Origin: Selenomonadaceae bacterium
GTDB taxonomy: Bacteria; Bacillota; Negativicutes; Selenomonadales; Selenomonadaceae
Reading direction: 5' to 3'
Assembly: GCA_041669965.1 (NCBI GenBank)
Contig: JBAYAD010000001.1
Coordinates: 1 to 40,828 of the forward strand
DNA length: 40,828 bases
Shown: positions 33,681 through 40,216 of the stretch, in pieces
Position numbering within the stretch: position 1 is the first letter of the stretch
Layout of the letters: each line of letters starts with the position of its first letter
Made by a program: the position numbers and the translations under genes
The notes under the pieces: generated by a model
The model's database searches: none
Seen by the model: the letters and a program-made list of their open reading frames with translations, nothing else
What the model was told of the DNA's origin: nothing

Positions 33681-34777
33681 TGTGCCTCCTTCGCTGTTTC
33701 AATCTGCATTTCCATCTGTTTCTTCTGTGCCGCCCTAAGCGCCTTGTAATCGTTGTACTGCTGCCGGTATCTATAGCTGTCGCCGAACACGTTCCACGCC
33801 GCCTTTACTAAATTCGGCTCGTACGGTCGTATCTTTTCCAAATCATCTACTGCTCTCGCCGATATGGAGCATCCACAACAGCCTGTGCGTGTTAGACCAT
33901 ATACCTCATAGGCGTCCGAATATCGAATTCCGTAGTAGTTTTTGTACCATTGCTTGTCCGCGTCAGACACATAAAATAGGGGTCTAAGTCGGTACTTGCC
34001 ATCAGCTGCTTCGGAAAAGCACATTGACGTATTGTCTTGGCGCGGAACAGACCTCATGCCGCCCTCGTCCCGGCGCTCTCCAGTAATTATCATGTCAAAT
34101 GACTTTTGCACGCTGTGCGCCAAATGCTTTTTGCAATCAGTGCAACATTTGTTGCTGACCCTGAATGGGATCGGGTTTTCGGTGATAAAATCAAGCATAT
34201 ATTTTGATGATCCGATGACGAGCTGAATGTCCGGCCGTGGATCCCCGGCGGAATTGCACCCGCACAGAAAATTAATTGGCGATTCGCATTTTGGGTAGCG
34301 TTCACGAAGCTCTGCCCGTTTTGCCGTTTTATCCTCTGCGTTTGCGTATTCTGCTGCAATGGATAGCGGGATGTTTTTTGTTTGCACGCCCTCTAACCCA
34401 GCCGACATGATTTTTGATACAAACGGTATTCCGTGTTCTCGTGTTGATTGCACGATACCTTTTTTCGGGCGGTGCTCGGTGATTGTGACGCTATACAATT
34501 CCGCTATTTCGCGGACATGGCGTTTTATTGCGTCCATCTCGAGCCCGGTGTTAAAAAAGCAGTATTGGATGGGCGGAAGATTGAAGATTTTTCGCACCAT
34601 TTCGATCAGATGTAACATAATGTCGCTGTCACTTCCGCCAGAGTACGAGCAGATTGCATTCGGATGCTCAATCAACCGTCTCGCGATTATGCTTTTAATG
34701 GCTTCGAACTTATGCGGAGCATCGAAATCTGCATACTCTGGACGGTCTGTATATACTTTGCTTTTATATCCGCTCAT
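33677..34777 (-). CDS. PAPS reductase-like PP-loop ATP pyrophosphatase family protein
   Basis: PP-loop CSYSGGSDSDIMLH. C-terminal Cys cluster LTRTGCCGCS, as in phage PAPS-reductase-like proteins. Confidence 0.8.
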   Translation of the reverse strand: MSGYKSKVYTDRPEYADFDAPHKFEAIKSIIARRLIEHPNAICSYSGGSDSDIMLHLIEMVRKIFNLPPIQYCFFNTGLEMDAIKRHVREIAELYSVTITEHRPKKGIVQSTREHGIPFVSKIMSAGLEGVQTKNIPLSIAAEYANAEDKTAKRAELRERYPKCESPINFLCGCNSAGDPRPDIQLVIGSSKYMLDFITENPIPFRVSNKCCTDCKKHLAHSVQKSFDMIITGERRDEGGMRSVPRQDNTSMCFSEAADGKYRLRPLFYVSDADKQWYKNYYGIRYSDAYEVYGLTRTGCCGCSISARAVDDLEKIRPYEPNLVKAAWNVFGDSYRYRQQYNDYKALRAAQKKQMEMQIETAKEAQ

Positions 34778-34926
34778 TCCCGTCCCGCCTCCTTGCTTGA
34801 TTCGGATATGATCAAATCATTCTCCAGTTTTGCTATGTATGTCTCCTGTTGGTCTGTCAGTCCCCGATAACCTTCAATTACAAATTGTTGCTCCAGCAGC
34901 TGCGTCTTTGTTGACTGCTTATCCAT
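34774..34926 (-). CDS. Small hypothetical protein (50 aa)
   Basis: Own translation MDKQSTKTQLLEQQFVIEGYRGLTDQQETYIAKLENDLIISESSKEAGRE. SD GGAAAGGAG. Its stop overlaps the next ATG. Confidence 0.4.
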   Translation of the reverse strand: MDKQSTKTQLLEQQFVIEGYRGLTDQQETYIAKLENDLIISESSKEAGRE

Positions 34927-34932
34927 CTTCTG

Positions 34933-35097
34933 TCACTCCTTTCCGATCGGCTTATCGCACCGATCCATATTATCCCTGTCGGCACTATGCCTTGCCTCTT
35001 CTCTCCGGCTTTCGCACGCTGCCGACCTCATCAAGCACCATAACACCCACAAAATTAAAGCGAATATAAAAGATGCAATAAATATAATGATTCTCAT
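34933..35097 (-). CDS. Small membrane protein (54 aa)
   Basis: Own translation MRIIIFIASFIFALILWVLWCLMRSAACESRREEARHSADRDNMDRCDKPIGKE. SD AAGAAAGGAG. Confidence 0.4.
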   Translation of the reverse strand: MRIIIFIASFIFALILWVLWCLMRSAACESRREEARHSADRDNMDRCDKPIGKE

Positions 35098-35133
35098 GTG
35101 GTTGACTCCTTTCTTACGACATCCACCATGCCG

Positions 35134-35373
35134 TCATGCTCTCATTTGGATTATTCGTTCATAAAATTCCAATAACGCATCCCTGGATATTGCATATGAT
35201 TTTGTGCCGGTTAGTTCTCTGGGTGCTACTTTAATAACACCTTCTCTGCACATTCTTCTTATTCTGTCCGGAGGGAAAATTGTCTCTCCCAGTATTTTGC
35301 TTGCCTCATCAGTTGTATAAAACAGCTTTTCTATTCCAAGTGATCTAAGTGTTTCCGCATTTATTTGTGACAT
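35134..35373 (-). CDS. HTH DNA-binding protein (excisionase/MerR-like)
   Basis: 79 aa, with YTTDEASKILGETIFPPDRIRRMCREG. Confidence 0.5.
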   Translation of the reverse strand: MSQINAETLRSLGIEKLFYTTDEASKILGETIFPPDRIRRMCREGVIKVAPRELTGTKSYAISRDALLEFYERIIQMRA

Positions 35374-35423
35374 TTAGGTTGCTCCTTTCAACGCTTGCCC
35401 CGCCTCCGGTTAAATAATTATTT

Positions 35424-35618
35424 TTATGTCCTTATTTTCTTTGTGTTACTATTTTCTAAAATCAACCTGCGTACAGATTCTTCTTCTATCTGTAACCCCA
35501 ACTTTGTAGCAAGGCAAAATCCTTTTAATTTGCCATTTCGGTAATATTTACATACCGTCCATGGCGTTACACCCAGCCTTTTTGCTGTCTCCTGTGTCGA
35601 AATATGGCTATTTTCCAT
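35424..35618 (-). CDS. Cro/excisionase-family HTH protein, first gene of the early operon
   Basis: Start moved to ATG 35618 (MENSHISTQETAKRLGVTPWTVCKYYRNGKL) behind AGGAAG. The longer 92-aa form has no SD and begins inside a hairpin loop. Confidence 0.55.
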   Translation of the reverse strand: MENSHISTQETAKRLGVTPWTVCKYYRNGKLKGFCLATKLGLQIEEESVRRLILENSNTKKIRT

Positions 35619-35670
35619 GTTTTTCACTTCCTTTCTATTTTTGTTGTTGCTTTTTGTTGTTCTCTCTGTT

Positions 35671-35711
35671 AAAATATCAGTGCTGGTGAGGTCGCAATTC
35701 ATTCAGCACTG
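35671..35711 (-). promoter_or_regulatory. Leader hairpin with a weak U-tract in the early-operon 5' UTR
   Basis: Minus strand: CAGTGCTG-(18 nt)-CAGCACTG then ATATTTTAAC. Confidence 0.35.
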
Positions 35712-35734
35712 ATTTCTTCATAAGCAACTTGGCA

Positions 35735-35764
35735 CACTAGTAACTGGGAGCACTAGCTACTGGG
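35735..35764. repeat. Tandem 14-bp direct repeats in the early leader
   Basis: CACTAGTAACTGGG (35735..35748) and CACTAGCTACTGGG (35751..35764). Confidence 0.6.
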
Positions 35765-35807
35765 TACATGTGTTTTATTCCGTGCCTTTCTTGTTGCTTA
35801 TGGTGGT

Positions 35808-35836
35808 ATTATATCGTGGTGTACTACGATAGTCAA
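35808..35836 (-). promoter_or_regulatory. Early (lytic, PR-like) promoter
   Basis: Minus strand: TTGACT (35836..35831), 17-nt spacer, TATAAT (35813..35808). Confidence 0.6.
35812..35831. promoter_or_regulatory. Operator O1
   Basis: TATCGT-GGTGTACT-ACGATA inverted repeat. It fills the spacer of the early promoter. Confidence 0.5.
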
Positions 35837-35842
35837 TATTAA

Positions 35843-35862
35843 TATCGTGGTATTCTACGTTA
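35843..35862. promoter_or_regulatory. Operator O2
   Basis: TATCGTGGTATTCTACGTTA, related to O1 and centred 31 bp from it, next to the repressor gene. Confidence 0.45.
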
Positions 35863-35884
35863 TTGTAATAGTGCACAAAAAAAG

Positions 35885-36250
35885 GTGGTGTTTTATGTGC
35901 AAGTTGCACAACGAATATTTCAGTTAATGGAACAAAATGGTGTAACGAAGTATCGCTTATCAAGGGACTTATATATATCTGATAGTTTAATTAGCCAATG
36001 GGGTAACGGTAGAACCAGTCCCGAAAATTCCAAGCATCTTCCTGCCATTGCTGATTATTTTCATGTGTCTGTTGATTATTTACTTGGCAGAGATGAAAGC
36101 TATCCCGTCCCTGAACCTAAACTTGAATTAACAGATGATGCGATCGAAATGGCAAAAGCATATGAAGCTGCCAGTATAGATGTGAAGAATGGTGTTCGCC
36201 GCTTCCTGGGCTTGCCGGAAGTGGCAATCAAAAAAGAGAAGCGAGCTTAA
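35885..36250 (+). CDS. XRE-family (CI-like) repressor
   Basis: HTH_3 pattern RIFQLMEQNGVTKYRLSRDLYISDSLISQWGNGRTSP...VSVDYLLGR. The start may instead be GTG 35897, behind AAGGTGG. Divergent from the early operon. Confidence 0.8.
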   Translation: MVFYVQVAQRIFQLMEQNGVTKYRLSRDLYISDSLISQWGNGRTSPENSKHLPAIADYFHVSVDYLLGRDESYPVPEPKLELTDDAIEMAKAYEAASIDVKNGVRRFLGLPEVAIKKEKRA

Positions 36251-36330
36251 TTTTGAATTTAGCGTTATATGTTAAGCCGTTATAGTTTTATATACATATA
36301 GTTAATATTTTGATTTTTTTGAGGTATTTG

Positions 36331-36948
36331 ATGAAGTTTTCGTTTTTAAAAAAGTTACTGCTGTCAGTACTTTCTTTAAGTTTATTAGCGCTTATTGTTG
36401 TTTTTATCATGCTTGTTTCTACATATCAAACAGGTTCTGTCTTTGGTTTCATTAAGGGTGTTACAGCTTCTCCCATTCCTGATCCGGATGTTCGCACTGT
36501 AAAATTTGGTATGAGCCAAAAAGATGTAATGCGTTTAGATTCAGAAGCCAAGCTTTCCGAGGAAGGCTCCAAACTGGTTGGATATGTTTTATTAGGAGAC
36601 TATGAAGCTACAGTTTATTATGTTTTTAATGAAAGTGATCAGCTTTATTTAATGTATTATGAATTTAATATTACTCATCAGATTACGAATAAATATTTTT
36701 CGGATTTTAGCACTATTAGTGCAGAGCTAAAAGAAAAATATGGTGATCCATTAAAGGATGAAATTAAATGGTACAACCCTCTTTATCGCAATGATAAAAC
36801 CTATTGGGGTACGGCACTCCAATTGGGTATGATGGAAGCCTACGCAATATTTGACAATTCAACAATGACTATAAAAGAATCGCTTTATTGTGATGATCTC
36901 TTTCCCATGTTGAAAGTTACATATCAAAGTAAAAGTTATAAAGAGTAA
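36331..36948 (+). CDS. Signal-anchored extracytoplasmic protein (possible superinfection-exclusion/moron gene)
   Basis: Start moved to ATG 36331 (MKFSFLKKLLLSVLSLSLLALIVVFIMLV) behind GAGG. Has a BamE/BLIP-like VKFGMSQKDVMRL motif. Lies between the repressor and int. Confidence 0.55.
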   Translation: MKFSFLKKLLLSVLSLSLLALIVVFIMLVSTYQTGSVFGFIKGVTASPIPDPDVRTVKFGMSQKDVMRLDSEAKLSEEGSKLVGYVLLGDYEATVYYVFNESDQLYLMYYEFNITHQITNKYFSDFSTISAELKEKYGDPLKDEIKWYNPLYRNDKTYWGTALQLGMMEAYAIFDNSTMTIKESLYCDDLFPMLKVTYQSKSYKE

Positions 36949-37010
36949 TATAAAATTCTTGTGGAGCAGCATTCATATAAAGCTTTATTGTGTAGCATGG
37001 AGGTATGAAT

Positions 37011-38165
37011 ATGGCAACCTATCGGAAGCGCGGATCAACATGGTATTGTCAGTATGTTGAATCATATGACAGCAATAATAAAAAAATAATCCGTCAAAAA
37101 GGCGGATTTCGCATCAAACAGGATGCTATTAATTATGCAAAAAATGCAGAGGTATCGCTCCGTTCCGGTTCATATGTCAACCCTGTAGACAAAACCACTG
37201 TATCTGAATGGATTGACGATTATATCAAACTGTTCTGCACCACTCAGCGCCCAAATACTATTGCAAGCTATACCAATACTGCTAAGCATATCAAAGAAAA
37301 GATCGGTAATAAGAAAATATCCGATGTAACCGTCAAGGATGTGCAACAGCTTTACAATTCAGTTGAAGCCGAAATATCACCCTATACCGCAATTCAAGTG
37401 GCCAGAGTGCTCTGTATGGCTTTCAAAAAGGCTACCGAAAGCAAAATGATACATGACAACCCTACTATATACGCAAAAAAACCCAAAAAACCCGAATGCG
37501 AACAGCGCGTATACTCGACCGATCAGATCGGAATGTTGATGAACAGCATACATGATCCAGCCAGTCCATACCGCTGCCTATTTGCACCTATATTATTATG
37601 TGTTACGCTCGGTCTCCGTAGGGGCGAAGCTCTCGGATTAAAATGGAGCGATTATAAAGACGGTAAAATTTGGATATCTGATGCGCTTATCAATAATAAT
37701 CGAGATAAACGAATTGATCTGGCAGATGTAAAAACGCATAGATCGAACAGGCCTATTGCAGTCGGCCCGTTTATCGCTTCTATATTGACAGAGCAACAGC
37801 AGTGGCAAGCCTCTAACCGTCAGAAGATCGGTGACGAATATATCCTGAGCAATTCTATCTGTACTTTGCCTGGCGGAATGCCAATGAAACCCAACTACCT
37901 TACCCATCGTTTTGACATGGCCTGCGAAAAAGCCAAACTGGATCACATCAGACTGCATGATCTGCGGCACACGATGGCAAGTGTTGCAAACGCTGAGGGA
38001 ATCGATATTAAAAAGGTTTCATCAAGGCTGGGACACTCCAGCATATCCATTACGGCAGACACCTATACGCATATGTTTGCCGAAGTGGATCAGACGGTAT
38101 CCAATACGATCGAAAATGCCATTGAAAACTCCATTGTAAAGGCGAAAAAAAAGAAAGTAAAGTAG
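37011..38165 (+). CDS. int: Tyrosine integrase
   Basis: C-terminal HDLRHTMASV...LGHSSISITADTYTH (R-H-R-Y catalytic set). N-terminal MATYRKRGSTWY arm-binding-type domain. ATG 37011 has better spacing from GGAGG than ATG 37005. Confidence 0.9.
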   Translation: MATYRKRGSTWYCQYVESYDSNNKKIIRQKGGFRIKQDAINYAKNAEVSLRSGSYVNPVDKTTVSEWIDDYIKLFCTTQRPNTIASYTNTAKHIKEKIGNKKISDVTVKDVQQLYNSVEAEISPYTAIQVARVLCMAFKKATESKMIHDNPTIYAKKPKKPECEQRVYSTDQIGMLMNSIHDPASPYRCLFAPILLCVTLGLRRGEALGLKWSDYKDGKIWISDALINNNRDKRIDLADVKTHRSNRPIAVGPFIASILTEQQQWQASNRQKIGDEYILSNSICTLPGGMPMKPNYLTHRFDMACEKAKLDHIRLHDLRHTMASVANAEGIDIKKVSSRLGHSSISITADTYTHMFAEVDQTVSNTIENAIENSIVKAKKKKVK

Positions 38166-38192
38166 GCTGAATAATCATTCGTAAACACTGTT

Positions 38193-38217
38193 AGGGCATA
38201 GAAATATGCCCTTTTTG
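38193..38217 (+). terminator. Rho-independent terminator after int
   Basis: AGGGCATA-GAAA-TATGCCCT followed by TTTTG. Confidence 0.65.
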
Positions 38218-38277
38218 TATGCCAAATTCATATTCTAAAAGTGATATTTCTATTTTAGTATGCCAAAAGTATGCCAA
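38217..38277 (+). repeat. Arm-type repeats, int-proximal arm (3 copies of GTATGCCAA)
   Basis: Copies start at 38217, 38258 and 38269. ATTCTAAAA is at 38232. Confidence 0.6.
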
Positions 38278-38301
38278 ATTGTAATTTACAAATTTTTGAG
38301 T

Positions 38302-38328
38302 AAAGAAAAAGTGCCTATTATAGGCACT
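38302..38328 (-). terminator. Rho-independent terminator immediately 3' of the tRNA fragment
   Basis: Minus strand: AGTGCCTA-TAA-TAGGCACT followed by TTTTTC. Confidence 0.6.
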
Positions 38329-38332
38329 TTGC

Positions 38333-38383
38333 TGGTGACCCATCCGCGATTCGAACGCGGGACACCCTGATTAAAAGTCAGGC
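38333..38383 (-). other. attP core: 3' fragment of tRNA-Lys(UUU), from anticodon stem to CCA
   Basis: Minus strand: GCCTGA-CTTTTAA-TCAGG GTGTC CCGCG-TTCGAAT-CGCGG ATGGGTC A CCA. There is no D-arm or 5' acceptor strand upstream. Confidence 0.8.
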
Positions 38384-38472
38384 AGAATACGTTTTCTCAT
38401 TCCTTTTGGTGTAGTAATATGGGCATTTTGAGCCTTTTTCAGTTTCTCATATTATCTCATGTTCACATGCGC

Positions 38473-38505
38473 GTATGCCAAAAGTATGCCAACTGTATTC
38501 TAAAA
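38473..38505 (+). repeat. Arm-type repeats, distal arm (2 copies of GTATGCCAA plus ATTCTAAAA)
   Basis: Copies start at 38473 and 38484. ATTCTAAAA is at 38497. Same orientation as the int-proximal copies. Confidence 0.6.
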
Positions 38506-38554
38506 CAAAATCAGGTGCTCTGCCTTTCACGGATAGATTAAATCCACGTTTATA

Positions 38555-38582
38555 ATTATACCGATATGGTGCGTTCTGTCAA
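38555..38582 (-). promoter_or_regulatory. Consensus sigma-70 promoter reading toward the att core
   Basis: Minus strand: TTGACA, 16-nt spacer, TATAAT. No ORF longer than 9 codons lies between it and the terminator at 38302..38328. Confidence 0.55.
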
Positions 38583-38803
38583 TGGTTTTTATCTTACAAT
38601 TTCAATATTACCGAAGTAGGGCTGATGTACTACCGTTTCCGATTCGCGTACCTTCTATACGTTGCTCTTTGTCGGCACTGCTCCGTACAGGCTGTGCCCA
38701 AAATGTAGGCACGATATAATCCGAGGCATCGTACCAAAATGTATACGATTCCTCAAGGCGTATGCTGCAGTAATGGCTTTCGGTGGTTGCGGGTGGGAGA
38801 GCA

Positions 38804-38832
38804 TAAAAAAAGAGCAGCTCCGGATAGCTGCT
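38804..38832 (-). terminator. Rho-independent terminator of the accessory operon
   Basis: Minus strand: AGCAGCT-ATCCGG-AGCTGCT followed by CTTTTTTTAT. Located 13 nt after the stop at 38845. Confidence 0.65.
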
Positions 38833-38844
38833 GATAACCATTAT

Positions 38845-39267
38845 CTATTGTTTACGTTTTGAGCGTCTGCACTGATCGCAGTATACCCGTCTGGTACCGT
38901 GTGCGTCAAACTCAGTGCCACAGATCTTGCATACTGCGATCTTTTTACGCCGCTCGTATCGCACAGGATTAATACTCTCCCTGTTTTTGTAATAATACTG
39001 CAGTCCTCCGATCCGATCTGCCTCTGCAATCATCTTTGGCGCACAGTCTGCGCAATATTTTTGTAATCCTGCTTTTACGGCATATGGTTTACCACACGCA
39101 ATGCATATATCGATTGATCCTAATCTGCGTATATCTCCCTGTTTACACCTGGCTTTAAAACTTCTGCATTGCTGCCTAATTCTGTCCGCCCTGCAGGATG
39201 GGCAATAATATGCGCGTGGTCCTCCGTCAAAAGCAGCCCCGCATTGCTTGCATATGTGCCGCATCAT
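38845..39267 (-). CDS. Basic triple zinc-ribbon protein, unknown function
   Basis: Three CxxC...CxxC units (CKQCG..CPSC; CIACG..CADC; CKICG..CDQC). ATGA overlap with the upstream gene. Confidence 0.55.
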   Translation of the reverse strand: MMRHICKQCGAAFDGGPRAYYCPSCRADRIRQQCRSFKARCKQGDIRRLGSIDICIACGKPYAVKAGLQKYCADCAPKMIAEADRIGGLQYYYKNRESINPVRYERRKKIAVCKICGTEFDAHGTRRVYCDQCRRSKRKQ

Positions 39268-39605
39268 AACGATCTAATAAAATCCCGCAGCAGTTCTGAT
39301 GTGGTCTTATCTTGACTTTCTGTTGCAGTTTCTAGTTTTTGTTTTTCGGTCGGTGTGATGCGTATATGGATTACCTCTGTAAGACTCTCGTTATTTTTCT
39401 CCAGTCCATAAAACCGATAAAAATATTCCGGCAGAGGACTGCCTTTAAGCCTGCGCGGATGGTAGCCTTTGTACTGTGTTAGGTCTGTGACAGAAATCTC
39501 GCGATATGGTGTCAGATTAACTTTAGACAGTGATCCGTCCTCCAGTTCTACAACTATTTGAGTTGGCAATTGATCTACATACCATGCGCCATTAATTTTT
39601 AACAT
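39264..39605 (-). CDS. Protein with a C-terminal ribbon-helix-helix (CopG/MobC-like) domain
   Basis: C-terminal VIHIRITPTEKQKLETATESQDKTTSELLRDFIRSL fits the RHH strand-helix-helix pattern. The N-terminal roughly 75 aa are not recognised. Confidence 0.55.
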   Translation of the reverse strand: MLKINGAWYVDQLPTQIVVELEDGSLSKVNLTPYREISVTDLTQYKGYHPRRLKGSPLPEYFYRFYGLEKNNESLTEVIHIRITPTEKQKLETATESQDKTTSELLRDFIRSL

Positions 39606-39632
39606 ATTATTTCCTCCTTATTTTTAATAGTT

Positions 39633-39650
39633 GGGGCGATTGCTCGCCCC
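39633..39650. other. GC-rich intercistronic hairpin
   Basis: GGGGCGA-TTGC-TCGCCCC. The T-run is on the plus-strand side only. Confidence 0.5.
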
Positions 39651-39660
39651 TTTTAAATCA

Positions 39661-40002
39661 TTACATATTCGCTTTTATAAAATCGTTGATAGTATCCGTG
39701 CGATGGTCTATCCAGTATTTTGCATCATTAATGGCAAAAATCTTGTTAAATATTGTCTGTACTTTTTCAACCGGCGTTGCTGCAGTAGTTGACTTGTATG
39801 CGTAATCGCTAAACTCTTTTACAAATCCAGTATATATGGTGTTTGCCCATGCGACTTGCTTTTCCGATCCGCCCTCAGTGATTGCATCTAATACCGTAAA
39901 ATCCCAATCTGCACACTCGCAAAAATCTCTCGTGCAATACTTCTGTGTGCTTTCGTTTCTCCATGCCGCCTGCAATGTTCTGATCTTTTCAAAGTTTGTC
40001 AT
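39661..40002 (-). CDS. Hypothetical protein, first gene of the accessory operon
   Basis: 113-aa ORF with SD AAGGAG. No motif recognised. Slightly acidic, with no TM segment. Confidence 0.55.
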   Translation of the reverse strand: MTNFEKIRTLQAAWRNESTQKYCTRDFCECADWDFTVLDAITEGGSEKQVAWANTIYTGFVKEFSDYAYKSTTAATPVEKVQTIFNKIFAINDAKYWIDHRTDTINDFIKANM

Positions 40003-40063
40003 TTTGTTTCTCCTTGCCTTGACGCCGGCTCGCGATTATGTTGGTCATCTCTTAACCACATGT

Positions 40064-40089
40064 ATATTGTATCACGCGTGATACAATAT
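40064..40089. promoter_or_regulatory. 26-bp perfect palindrome (candidate operator)
   Basis: ATATTGTATCACG|CGTGATACAATAT. It covers the -10 and the whole spacer of the promoter. Confidence 0.65.
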
Positions 40090-40094
40090 GTCAA
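40066..40094 (-). promoter_or_regulatory. Near-consensus sigma-70 promoter of the accessory operon
   Basis: Minus strand: TTGACA (40094..40089), 17-nt spacer, TACAAT (40071..40066). Confidence 0.6.
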
Positions 40095-40140
40095 TAGTTT
40101 TTTATAATTATTTTAAAAATATTTTTATGGTTTATTCCAA

Positions 40141-40170
40141 AAATAAATAAAAGCCCCGCCGAAGCGGGGC
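40141..40170 (-). terminator. Rho-independent terminator after the endolysin
   Basis: Minus strand: GCCCCGC-TTCG-GCGGGGC followed by TTTTATTTATTTTT. Confidence 0.7.
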
Positions 40171-40216
40171 AAAATATGTAATCGGCAGTCTCAAATAATA
40201 CTGCCTGCTGTGATGT

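Noticed and set aside
38333-38425. A complete tRNA-Lys gene
   Set aside because: Only the anticodon arm, variable loop, T-arm and acceptor 3' strand are present. The sequence 5' of the anticodon stem has no D-arm (no GG or A14 features). It has only an imperfect GCCCAT acceptor match, 36 nt away instead of about 20. I interpret this as the att core, not a functional tRNA.
38608-38862. ORFs 38608..38841 (-) and 38662..38862 (+) in the att-distal non-coding region
   Set aside because: The minus ORF starts inside the operon terminator hairpin and has no SD. The plus ORF starts at TTG without an SD and runs antisense into the zinc-ribbon gene. No domain signal in either.
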